A stretch of DNA of 33,203 nt from a virus. The translations under genes and the position numbers were made by a program. Numbering within the stretch: the first letter of the stretch is position 1; each line of letters starts with the position of its first letter. The DNA lies in UHGV virus genome UHGV-0162190. One strand, written 5' to 3'. Below the pieces are notes generated by a model. It saw nothing but the letters and a program-made list of their open reading frames with translations, was not told the origin of the DNA and ran no database searches. Of the stretch, positions 1 through 8,835 are shown piece by piece.

Positions 1-49
1 CCATTTTAGTTAAATTATCCTTATAAAACAAACAGATAAAATAAAAACA

Positions 50-1213
50 TCACTCATCATCTTCTGTTTCGTACTCCACATCAGAAAGCCTGACCTCAAG
101 CTCTAAGGACGTCTTGAAGCCGCTATTATTCAGAAAATGTGTCACCTTAGTGATTGTCCAGTCCTGCTCGTCTATGACGCGCTTAAAGCCTGACACTTTG
201 ACCGGTGTTTCCGTGTAAATATCTGCCCGACCGGTAGCCAGGCTGATGGAGAACTCCGCAACGCCCCGTTGCAGTTTATCCCACTTCGCCTGAGCGGCGC
301 GCATGGCCTGTGCTTTCGTGGCATATACCGTAGTCAGGGCAAAAACGTTATCAGCCTCACCGGCCATGTATTCACCTTCGCGCGCTTCCGGTACTTTTGG
401 CGCTTTCTTCTGCGTGACCGGTTTTGCTTTCGGGTGCTCCAGTGCGCGCAGGTGTTTCTCTTTCTTTTTGCGTTTCAGTTTTACCTTCTGCTTTTGCGGC
501 TTCGGGTCTTTGGTGTGTAACCACTTTGCCGTTACGCCGGTGTAAGCTCCGCGGTCAGCAATCGCAAAATGATGACGGTCGCCGTCGCTGCGGGTGATGG
601 TAATCTGCGGGATTTTTTTACCGCTGGCCGTCACCCCCTGCCCCGCTTTGAGAAACAGCAGTTTTCCCATTTTTACCGACACCTCGCCGCCGTTGCGTTC
701 AGCAAGACGGGTCAGGAATTTCACATCAGACTCCTGCGACTGGTCGATGTGCGGGATTTTAATTCCGGCCAGTGACGGAGCGACACTGGCTTCCAGCTTG
801 TTACGGGAGGCTATCGCCTCAACAATCGCACCGAGCGTGGTGTCATGCCAGGAGCCTTCCCGGCGGGAATTGAGCGTCCCGCGAAAATCTGCACTCCGGG
901 CGCGGATGGTGACCACATCCGGCGCGCCCCGGTGTTCAACCTCATCAACGGTAAATTTCCCTTTGCATACCAGGGCAAAACCTTTCCAGCCGATATACAC
1001 CGTCAGGACAGCGCCACGAACCGGCAGCCCGACCTGCCCGTCGGCATCGTTCAGTTCAATATCAAGCTGGTCAGCCTCAAAGCCCCGGTTATCCGTCAGG
1101 GTCATGCTCATCAGACGGTCGCTGATATTGCCGGTAATATCCCTGCTGTCGAGCATCAGCATGTAATCCGGCGTCAGCGTACTGCCTGCATCAAATGTCA
1201 GCGCATCCAGCAT
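50..1213 (-). CDS. D: Tail protein gpD (late gene D)
   Basis: 387-aa ORF at the P2 D position, immediately downstream of U and T; lysine-rich central linker; ATG start overlaps the U stop. Confidence 0.85.
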   Translation of the reverse strand: MLDALTFDAGSTLTPDYMLMLDSRDITGNISDRLMSMTLTDNRGFEADQLDIELNDADGQVGLPVRGAVLTVYIGWKGFALVCKGKFTVDEVEHRGAPDVVTIRARSADFRGTLNSRREGSWHDTTLGAIVEAIASRNKLEASVAPSLAGIKIPHIDQSQESDVKFLTRLAERNGGEVSVKMGKLLFLKAGQGVTASGKKIPQITITRSDGDRHHFAIADRGAYTGVTAKWLHTKDPKPQKQKVKLKRKKKEKHLRALEHPKAKPVTQKKAPKVPEAREGEYMAGEADNVFALTTVYATKAQAMRAAQAKWDKLQRGVAEFSISLATGRADIYTETPVKVSGFKRVIDEQDWTITKVTHFLNNSGFKTSLELEVRLSDVEYETEDDE

Positions 1214-1692
1214 TATCCTGCCCCCGTCATACCCGTGAATCTGGTCGCCATACTGCCGGCCTTACCGATGAGCGACTCCGCCTGTTTACCAATATCGCCA
1301 TAAAGCGCGGCCAGTGATTCATCAACGCGGGTGAGAGACAGCGTAAAATCAATTTTCCGGGGTGTGCCGTCTGCAAAGAAAATACTCCCTGTTTCACTCA
1401 CCCTGCTGATGACATACATGCCGTAAATCATGCCGGTGCCATCCAGCAACGGCCACGCCCGGCCTTCCTCTGCCATCAGCCTGAGCGTGGTCATCGTCAG
1501 CTTGCCGCCGGTCAGTTCGGGATAAAGCACACCGGCAAGCGTGATGTTTTCCTCGCCAACGCCGAGAAACTGATAGGCATCCCGTTTACCGATACGGGAA
1601 TTTGACGGCCAGCGATAATCAGATTCACGCTGCATGGTCTGGTGTGGCAACGTCTGGCGCATAAAAACAAACATACCTAACGCGAGCATCAT
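1213..1692 (-). CDS. U: Tail protein gpU
   Basis: 159-aa ORF between the tape measure gene and D, as in P2; its stop overlaps the D start. Confidence 0.8.
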   Translation of the reverse strand: MMLALGMFVFMRQTLPHQTMQRESDYRWPSNSRIGKRDAYQFLGVGEENITLAGVLYPELTGGKLTMTTLRLMAEEGRAWPLLDGTGMIYGMYVISRVSETGSIFFADGTPRKIDFTLSLTRVDESLAALYGDIGKQAESLIGKAGSMATRFTGMTGAG

Positions 1693-1706
1693 TTTTCGTC
1701 ACCTCC

Positions 1707-4154
1707 TTAACCGTCATGCATCATGCTGGCACGGGCGCGCGCACGTTTATCCCGCTCGTATTTTTCGAGCGCATCCTGTAACTGGCGGTCAAGCTGTGTC
1801 CCCGGCGCAGTACCGCCCGTCAGGTTGATGTGATATTCGTTTTTACTCTGGTCCACATAAGAGCGACCAGCCGGTGCCGTGACCGGCTGATAAGCCTGAT
1901 AGCCTGCATAAGAGCTGGTCGCCGGAATATAACCGCCGGTGCCATACGTGGCGGCATGAGTCCTTGCGGCGGTCTGGTCAAGTGTGTCTGACTCTTTGTT
2001 GATAACACCGAGTTTTTCCAGTACCCAGTCAATACCGCTGCGCAGTTTGTTGAACGCATTAAGCGGCAGCATCAACGCGTCAGCCAGTGCCTGCCCGAAC
2101 ATGACGCCCGTATCACGGCAACGGTTCAGGGTGTCCCGGGTGGCTTTGACCGGGGCAATCAGGTTTTTAAACCACTGCCACGCGGCCTGTAACTTTTCGC
2201 CCAGCCAGTCAAACACCGGCTTAAGTGGCGTGAACAGTTCCCCCACCGGCGCAAATGCCGCTTTCAGCCCTTCCACCACACCGCCAAAGAATGCGCTGAC
2301 AGGCTCCCAGTATTTACGGATAAGTAACGCCCCGGCGACAATGGCGGCCACCACGGCCACAACCGGCCAGCTAATCGCCCCGATGGCCGTCATAACAGCA
2401 CTGCCAACCGTCGTGAAGATTGCTCCCATTGCGCCTGCTGCCGCTATGATGGCATTGATGCCGGTGATAACCGGCCAGGCTACGAGGCCAATGGCACCGA
2501 TGACACCAATCAGCGCCAGTGCACCACCGACAATGATGCCGATGGTTGACGCCAGTGATTTGTTTTTCTGTATCCAGCCGTCGAGTTTTAACACATACTT
2601 TGTGGCCGTCTGCGTGAGCTTACGCAGTGCGCCTTCCTGCTGGTCAAACAGGTCAGTCCCCACCGCCTCATAAGCGGACTGAAACTCCTTAAAGTCACCG
2701 CCGAGGTTGTCCTGCATGATATTTACCAGCTCGGCGGTCTTCCCGTCTGAGGCTTTAAACGCAGCGGTCAGTTTGTCCAGCTTTCCGGTTGAGGCGGCAG
2801 TCATCAGCACGGCGGCGGCTGAGCTGGCCTCCTCCCCGAAAATAGTTTTCATGTATTCAGCCTGCTGGGCAGTACCGAGCCGGTTTTTCTCAAAACTGGC
2901 CTGCATTTCTTTCAGAATGGTAAATACTGGTCGGGTATTCCCTTTACTGTCTGAGGTTTTCACGCCAAGCTCTTTCAGTGCATCCCATGCTTTTCCCGTC
3001 GGTGCCTGCAGGCGGCTTAACACGGCACGGCTTCCCGTCCCCGCCATTGAACCGGTAATTTTTGCATCATGCAGCGCCCCGACCATTGCGGCGGTTTCTT
3101 CAATGCTGACACCAGCATTTTTTGCCACAGGTGCGGCATAGGTCAGCGCATCGCTCATGCCATCAAAATCGGCGGCGGTTTTGTTCATCGTCATGGAGAG
3201 AACATCCCCGATATGAGCGACCTTATCGTTTGAAAGCTGAAAGGCGGATTTCATCCCCATCAGCAGGGCGGCGTTTTCTTCCATCGTGCGACGGTTCGCC
3301 AGCGCCATATTCAGCGTGACCGGCGTTGCCGCCTGAATGGCATCAACATCCCCACCGGCTTTCGCAATAATAATCTGCGCACCGGCTGCATCATCTGCCG
3401 AGGCTGCGGTATTGTCGCCGAGCTGGCGCGCCTGCTTGCGTAGTGCAGCCATTTCGGCGGAGTCTTTTGCCACACCGAGCACAGCCTGCAATTCTGAGTT
3501 TTTCTGCGCAAACTCATAACCGGGCATCAGCAACTTAACTCCGGCCATCGTTCCCGCAGCAGCAATCCCCACACCGGCAGCGCCCACTGAGGCCATATTT
3601 CCGGCCAGTTCCTTTCCGGCCTGATAACGCTGTTTTACTGCATTAAGTTTTGCCTGTTGCGCACTGACACGCGCCAGCGCGTCACGCTGCCGGTTAAGCT
3701 GTGCGGTGGTTTCACTGATACGGTTTTTCAGTCCCTGCTCATCATGTGCAAGATTGCGGGTATTAATTCCCACAGCGGCCAGTTCCCGCTGCTGGCGTTT
3801 AACGGAATCTGTCAGGCGGTTATATTTCGCCTGTAAGTCCTCCGCCGCACGCTTTGCGGATTCCAGCACTTTCGCCTGAGCACGGGTCGGACGTTCGGTA
3901 TTTTTAAACTGCGTGGCAAGGGCTTCGGCCTCCTGCCGTGCCTTTTCAAGTGCATGACCAGTCACGGCGAGCTGTGCACTGGTCTTGCGGAATCCCTCAA
4001 TACGGGATGCCTGACCGTTCAGCTCGCGCAGTGATTTTTGTGTTTCCCGGATATCCCCCGACAGCGACTTACTCGCTGTGCGGATGGATTTAAACGGGCG
4101 GGATGCCTGGTCAACAGCCCTGAGCAATACCTGTAATTTTACATTGTTACTCAT
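1707..4154 (-). CDS. T: Tail tape measure protein gpT
   Basis: 815-aa ORF, Ala/Gly-rich with long predicted coiled-coil N-terminus and hydrophobic glycine-zipper-like segments; lies downstream of E/E' as in P2. Confidence 0.88.
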   Translation of the reverse strand: MSNNVKLQVLLRAVDQASRPFKSIRTASKSLSGDIRETQKSLRELNGQASRIEGFRKTSAQLAVTGHALEKARQEAEALATQFKNTERPTRAQAKVLESAKRAAEDLQAKYNRLTDSVKRQQRELAAVGINTRNLAHDEQGLKNRISETTAQLNRQRDALARVSAQQAKLNAVKQRYQAGKELAGNMASVGAAGVGIAAAGTMAGVKLLMPGYEFAQKNSELQAVLGVAKDSAEMAALRKQARQLGDNTAASADDAAGAQIIIAKAGGDVDAIQAATPVTLNMALANRRTMEENAALLMGMKSAFQLSNDKVAHIGDVLSMTMNKTAADFDGMSDALTYAAPVAKNAGVSIEETAAMVGALHDAKITGSMAGTGSRAVLSRLQAPTGKAWDALKELGVKTSDSKGNTRPVFTILKEMQASFEKNRLGTAQQAEYMKTIFGEEASSAAAVLMTAASTGKLDKLTAAFKASDGKTAELVNIMQDNLGGDFKEFQSAYEAVGTDLFDQQEGALRKLTQTATKYVLKLDGWIQKNKSLASTIGIIVGGALALIGVIGAIGLVAWPVITGINAIIAAAGAMGAIFTTVGSAVMTAIGAISWPVVAVVAAIVAGALLIRKYWEPVSAFFGGVVEGLKAAFAPVGELFTPLKPVFDWLGEKLQAAWQWFKNLIAPVKATRDTLNRCRDTGVMFGQALADALMLPLNAFNKLRSGIDWVLEKLGVINKESDTLDQTAARTHAATYGTGGYIPATSSYAGYQAYQPVTAPAGRSYVDQSKNEYHINLTGGTAPGTQLDRQLQDALEKYERDKRARARASMMHDG

Positions 4155-4574
4155 TCGTGTTTCCGCTTCGCCGGAGCGCCTTTTCGCGCCATGTGATGAG
4201 TTCGGTCAGGCTCATGGGATACAGTTCTGATGGCGGCCAGTGAAATATCACAGCCACATCCGCCATCAGGTCATCGACCGACAGATTTTTCGGAAACGTC
4301 ACTGCACCGAGTTCGGCGACAAAAAACCGACCACCTTACCGGCCAGCGCCACAAGGTCAGGCAGTTCCAGCGCGGCGACTTCCTGCTCGGTCAGCATCGG
4401 TGCCGTCATGCGCGGCAGCACCTTAATCAGTGCATCGACTTCGGAGTTTGCGACCGCAGCCAGACTGACACCGCGCAGCGTCCCGGCATTGGGTTTCATC
4501 AGCGTGACCTGTTCGATAACCTGCTCACCACGCTTGACCGGATTGTCCAGGGTAATCACATTTTCTTTGTTCAT
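4147..4574 (-). CDS. E+E': gpE+E' tail assembly chaperone made by programmed -1 ribosomal frameshift (about 142 aa)
   Basis: Slippery T TTT TTG at about 4320-4326 on the minus strand. The -1 frame stays open for about 57 codons and ends at a TAA that overlaps the T start (ATGAGTAA). Same architecture as P2 E/E'. Confidence 0.7.
4299..4574 (-). CDS. E: Tail assembly chaperone gpE (zero-frame product)
   Basis: 91-aa ORF between FII and T; the C-terminus is encoded by GGT TTT TTG, which contains the slippery heptamer. Confidence 0.8.
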   Translation of the reverse strand: MNKENVITLDNPVKRGEQVIEQVTLMKPNAGTLRGVSLAAVANSEVDALIKVLPRMTAPMLTEQEVAALELPDLVALAGKVVGFLSPNSVQ

Positions 4575-4630
4575 GGTTTTCTCACTTCTGAATCAGGGTT
4601 AACCGGTCAGCCATGCTGACCGGATGAAAA

Positions 4631-5149
4631 TCACAGGCCGATATTTCGGCGGTGTTGCTCCAGCCGGTCGACGCCGTTCACCTTCTCAATCATGTTGATG
4701 GTGTCGATTTCGACCAGCTCCTTGCCGTCCATCGTCAGCCGGAAATAGGTGCAGACCACGGAGATTTTCGACTCGGTGTCTTCTCCCTGTTTACCCTCGC
4801 CGGTGTCGATTTCTTTCTGACGTCCACGCATGACCACTTCGACGGCCACCGTTTCGCCGGTATCGTCACGCTGGTAAGAGCCTGCAAAACGAATCGGCAC
4901 AGCATCCACACCGGTTGCGGCGTAAAGCTCCCAGATAACCGAATCCGGGAAGCCACCGAGCGACCACTCCATTGACAGCGCATCGTCATCAAGGCCGAGG
5001 TCTACCGGTGCGCTGCCGTTCATCCCCGCACCGCGATAGTTTTCGAGCTTACGGGTCAGTTTTGGCAGCGTGAGGGACTTTGCAACGCCCTGATAGCTGT
5101 AGCCGTTCAGAAAGACGTTCATTAACTTGAGTTTGCGCGGCATTGCCAT
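4631..5149 (-). CDS. FII: Tail tube protein gpFII
   Basis: 172-aa ORF directly downstream of the sheath gene; P2 FII length and position. Confidence 0.85.
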   Translation of the reverse strand: MAMPRKLKLMNVFLNGYSYQGVAKSLTLPKLTRKLENYRGAGMNGSAPVDLGLDDDALSMEWSLGGFPDSVIWELYAATGVDAVPIRFAGSYQRDDTGETVAVEVVMRGRQKEIDTGEGKQGEDTESKISVVCTYFRLTMDGKELVEIDTINMIEKVNGVDRLEQHRRNIGL

Positions 5150-5161
5150 CGGTCAGGCTCC

Positions 5162-6352
5162 TTAATTGCTGTTAACCGAGGTGACCAGATTTGCCAGATA
5201 TTTATCGGTGATACGCTGGCGCAGGGTCAGGTTTTCGAGAGGAGGCACCGGGGTATAGTCGTAGTCGATATACAGTTTTCCGGCCTTGAGGGTTTCCGCA
5301 TCGTTGGATTCTTCGCTGAACCAGCAGGTCGCATCCACGATATAGCCGTTTGTTTTCAGCTCACGGAATTTGGCATTGATGCCGTCAACGATGTCGCGAA
5401 TCAGCGTTGCGGTGATGGGCTTGTCCACCGCCCACATGTGCGCCTCAGCCATCGTATCGGCCAGCACCTGCGCGGTGCGGGTGTAGTTTTCAAAGAGGAA
5501 CAGCGGGTCATCGGAGCAGGTACGGTTACCCCAGAAGCGGAAACCGTCGCGGCGAATCAGCGTAGTGACGCCTGACTCGTTAAGCAGGTCAGCATCGGTG
5601 CCGGACTCCTGCAAATCCCAGAAGACGGATGCGCTGATGCCGGTAACACCGTTCACCCCGACATTGGACAGCGTTTTATGCCAGCCCTGCTCCTGGTCGA
5701 TTTTAGCGCGCAGGCCCAGCGCACGGGCGGTGGCATACGTGGTGGCGGTGGTACTGGTGACCGTATCCCATGCGAGGAAATCCGGCCAGATGACCATCAG
5801 CTCACGCTGGCTGAAATTCTGGCGGTAGGCTTTCACCTCGGAAATGGTCTTACAGCCCCATGCGCTGATATATCCGAAAGCGCGCAGCTTCTGACAGACT
5901 GATGCCAGTGCAACAGCCACCTCTTTGGTGTCCAGTCCCGGCACGCCGAGAATACGCGGTTTAACACCGGTTACCGACTCCGCCGCCAGCAGGGCTTTCA
6001 GTCCGGTGTACTGACCGTTTTCGTCGGTGGTGCCGATGATATTGGAAACGGTCTGCGCAAGTTTCGTTTCTTCGTCTTCGCCGGTGCCGTCTTCCACACG
6101 TACAACAACGGTGACCGGTTTTGACTGGTCAGCGATGGCCTGCAACGACGCCGCCAGCGTGCCTTTTTTACCGGCCTTTGCAATTGCGCTCTGCACATTG
6201 GTAATCAGCACCGGTTTATTGAGGGGGAAGGTTTCCGCATCCGCATCGCTGGCCGTGCAGACCATGCCGACAATGGCCGTGGATACGGTGGAAATGACGC
6301 GGGTGCCGTCGTTAATCTCCAGCACCTGCACGCCATGATGATAGTCACTCAT
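5162..6352 (-). CDS. FI: Contractile tail sheath protein gpFI
   Basis: 396-aa ORF at the P2 FI position and length. Confidence 0.88.
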   Translation of the reverse strand: MSDYHHGVQVLEINDGTRVISTVSTAIVGMVCTASDADAETFPLNKPVLITNVQSAIAKAGKKGTLAASLQAIADQSKPVTVVVRVEDGTGEDEETKLAQTVSNIIGTTDENGQYTGLKALLAAESVTGVKPRILGVPGLDTKEVAVALASVCQKLRAFGYISAWGCKTISEVKAYRQNFSQRELMVIWPDFLAWDTVTSTTATTYATARALGLRAKIDQEQGWHKTLSNVGVNGVTGISASVFWDLQESGTDADLLNESGVTTLIRRDGFRFWGNRTCSDDPLFLFENYTRTAQVLADTMAEAHMWAVDKPITATLIRDIVDGINAKFRELKTNGYIVDATCWFSEESNDAETLKAGKLYIDYDYTPVPPLENLTLRQRITDKYLANLVTSVNSN

Positions 6353-6713
6353 CCGTTTAACTCCGTGGTTAATGGGTGCAACTATTTTCTGTTGTGCAGA
6401 GCATGAGACGCTATTTGACCTGGCTGGTCAGTGGATGAAACAACAGACAAAGAAAAGGCGGGTAATCCGCCAGCCTGTCATGATTTGCACTCACTCCTTT
6501 TCCAACTGACAATTTACATAGCCCAAACGCTATCAAATCTGACAGTCTGCTTTGAGCGATCAGCAGACGTTCGTACTTGAGTTGCCATAGATCTTGCTCA
6601 CAATGTCGTGTATCAATCAACTGGGAACAGGTCAATCGTTGCGAATGATATCGATATCTCCTGAAATTAGGGGTATTACTAGGTGGCTAAAGTAACTTGT
6701 TAATGGAGTAGGA

Positions 6714-7439
6714 ATGGCAAACTATGTATCAGGGAATATCATTTCTCAATCGTATGTTCATGTTAATCCTGAGTGGTTAAAAAATGCGACCCCTCAAGAT
6801 AAGAAACTAAGAATCAATGAGATTGAGAAGCAAATAACTGCCTTTGCGAAGAGCCGAATACCTTTTTTTATTGGAAGTGAGGTAGAGATAACAGTTGAGT
6901 TCTCTGAAGGCTCAATCATCGCGAAAATCACCGCTTACGGTAAGATCATCCCACTACTGGGGGGGCTAGTTATCGGATACCCACACTTTAGTGAGGGTGT
7001 TAGAACCATGGTGAAAGATGCACATGATCTAGGTTCGTATATTAACTCCGAGCTGTTATTTCAAACAGGCGCAAAACATAAATCTGAGCGCAAGTCAGTT
7101 GAGGCTCGCTTAGGAGTTTTTGGTATTATTGATCGCGTTAACGCCCAGATTAATGATCTAAGCTTGATCTCTCGGAGGAAGGAAAATTCGCCATCAATCA
7201 CATATAAAAAATTGTTACAGTTGCATGGGGATATCCTCTCATCCCTTGATAAGATTTCTGAAAATGCCCTAGATGACTCAGATGAAAAAATAGCCAAGGA
7301 TATGTGGATTGAAGGCGTATCCGGCATATCTGTGGGACGATCGCATTTCAAATTTAATCTTAAAGGTGATGATGATGTGTACAAAATGTTGGTTGCCGAA
7401 AAGCAGAGCATTCTTGATGACCTGAAAAAAAGGCAATAG
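6714..7439 (+). CDS. Hypothetical cargo protein (241 aa) at the Z/fun-equivalent position; function unknown
   Basis: AT-rich ORF on the strand opposite the late operon, between FI and G. GGAGTAGGA Shine-Dalgarno precedes the ATG. No transmembrane segment and no motif I can recognise. Followed by a hairpin. Confidence 0.6.
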   Translation: MANYVSGNIISQSYVHVNPEWLKNATPQDKKLRINEIEKQITAFAKSRIPFFIGSEVEITVEFSEGSIIAKITAYGKIIPLLGGLVIGYPHFSEGVRTMVKDAHDLGSYINSELLFQTGAKHKSERKSVEARLGVFGIIDRVNAQINDLSLISRRKENSPSITYKKLLQLHGDILSSLDKISENALDDSDEKIAKDMWIEGVSGISVGRSHFKFNLKGDDDVYKMLVAEKQSILDDLKKRQ

Positions 7440-7475
7440 GGCCTAATGCCTCCGTGGTGGGTATATAAAAATCAC

Positions 7476-7511
7476 GGGGAGCAGGGCTAGCTTCGTCTTG
7501 ACCTGCTCCCC
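7476..7511. terminator. Hairpin between the two convergent cargo genes (10-bp perfect stem GGGGAGCAGG / CCTGCTCCCC, 16-nt loop)
   Basis: Inverted repeat read directly from the sequence about 37 nt after the 6714-7439 stop. No clear U-tract, so it may be a factor-dependent terminator or a processing site. Confidence 0.4.
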
Positions 7512-7617
7512 ATAGACATAAATCCGACTGCTTTAGCGATTTCTTTTAATGTACTAGTAACCTTTAATGATTCTGTCAGAGTTGCCGTTATGGGCTGGGT
7601 TGTAGCAGTGACCCGTC

Positions 7618-8082
7618 TCAGAAGTGTTTGTTCTCATAGGCATCTTTCACTCCGGCGTGTTTCTCCGCACAGGCCCGTAGGATGGTGAGGGCGTGCCGGA
7701 TTAACTGCTCACTGCGTTCCGGTTCAAACCAATTACCATTGAATTTTCCGCCGTGAAAGAGATTGTTTCTTACTCGACAGACCAGCAGTAAAATTAGTTC
7801 AGCCCGGTGCCGGGAACTCGGTAGTTTTTCCGACCACATGATCCCCTTTTCACCGTAAATCTGTTTTTTAGGGGGATGCTCTTCGAAGTAATGAATCGCT
7901 TCATTAAGTTTAGAGGTAGACGGGTTTTCGATAACGTCACGCACCTGATCGGAATATCCATTCCAGTCAGCTTTTAAATGGCCTCCATTGATTAAAATCC
8001 CACATGCCTTAAGGCAATATTCATATCGTGAAAACTCAATAAAAAACTCACAGGCCAGTTGTTGTAACATAAAAAACTCCAT
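7618..8082 (-). CDS. Hypothetical cargo protein (154 aa) with an R-x4-H motif (RNNLFH, residues 105-110); possible HEPN-fold RNase
   Basis: AT-rich ORF convergent with the 241-aa gene. The motif sits in the C-terminal third of a small protein, as in HEPN domains. The fold assignment is inferred from the motif only. Confidence 0.5.
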   Translation of the reverse strand: MEFFMLQQLACEFFIEFSRYEYCLKACGILINGGHLKADWNGYSDQVRDVIENPSTSKLNEAIHYFEEHPPKKQIYGEKGIMWSEKLPSSRHRAELILLLVCRVRNNLFHGGKFNGNWFEPERSEQLIRHALTILRACAEKHAGVKDAYENKHF

Positions 8083-8304
8083 ATCCTGTAGGGACTTAAC
8101 TTAAAACAACTATATTAATCATCCATGCTACACATTATAGAACTTATTATGTAACTTTTAGGAATGGTAATTTACAAGCTCAAAGCCTGGATCAATGAGG
8201 ATTTTTTAGCTCCTATATAGCTTGTTGGAAGGTCCGCTTCTGGCACAGTGCGGACTGTCAGATTAGGCTTTACTCTGTGCTATAGATATGTCAGCTCATA
8301 CAAC

Positions 8305-8832
8305 TTATTGCGGCATTTCCGGCCATTCAGGATTTGCAGGATCCACACGGCTGACCAGAACGCTGTAGCGTTCCCATGCTTCCAGTCGGCTGCGTTCCTC
8401 ATCCGTCGCCATATTCAGCCTGACAGCGCGTTCCAGCGGCAAAATCACGGATTCAGCTTCGGAAAGTAAAGCTGCCTTTTGTGATTCTGCCAGTTGCTCC
8501 TGTTCATCTGCCGTATAAATCCGCTTAATCACGGCACCATCCTTAAACATCCATTTACCTGAGTCATCAGCACGTCGGTTGGAGGTAATATCAGGAACCT
8601 CGACAACGCTGAAACCTTCAGGGTTAAGCGTTGAAGCATCTCTGGTGATGCCGACAATTATATTATTCTCGTCGTAAACAATCTTTATCGTGTCTTCCTG
8701 AAAATTACTTACTTCCTCATACCAGTTTTTTCCCTCTTCGGACCATAACCAGATAACATCGAAATTTTTTGTCAGTTGATATTGGGCAACAGTTTTGGGA
8801 TTACCCGCAGTAATATTTTTTAAATGCTGCAT
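8305..8832 (-). CDS. G: Tail fibre assembly chaperone gpG
   Basis: 175-aa ORF immediately downstream of tail fibre H, with a 3-nt gap. Confidence 0.8.
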   Translation of the reverse strand: MQHLKNITAGNPKTVAQYQLTKNFDVIWLWSEEGKNWYEEVSNFQEDTIKIVYDENNIIVGITRDASTLNPEGFSVVEVPDITSNRRADDSGKWMFKDGAVIKRIYTADEQEQLAESQKAALLSEAESVILPLERAVRLNMATDEERSRLEAWERYSVLVSRVDPANPEWPEMPQ

Positions 8833-8835
8833 AAA

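Noticed and set aside
1-49. Possible start of ogr at the extreme left edge
   Set aside because: Only 49 nt are available and the single minus-strand ATG there is not followed by readable sequence, so no call is possible.
269-3519. Numerous plus-strand ORFs of 60-230 aa overlapping genes D, U and T (for example 594-1166, 845-1303, 1984-2673, 2707-3141)
   Set aside because: They lie antisense within long, well-supported structural genes with conserved P2 lengths, and their products are Ala/Arg/Ser/Pro-rich with low complexity, as expected for chance ORFs on the opposite strand of GC-rich coding sequence.
6411-6635. 74-aa minus-strand ORF in the spacer between FI and the first Z/fun-position cargo gene
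   Set aside because: No ribosome-binding site evident and it lies in probable promoter or terminator sequence; more likely non-coding. Kept only as part of the cargo-island interval.
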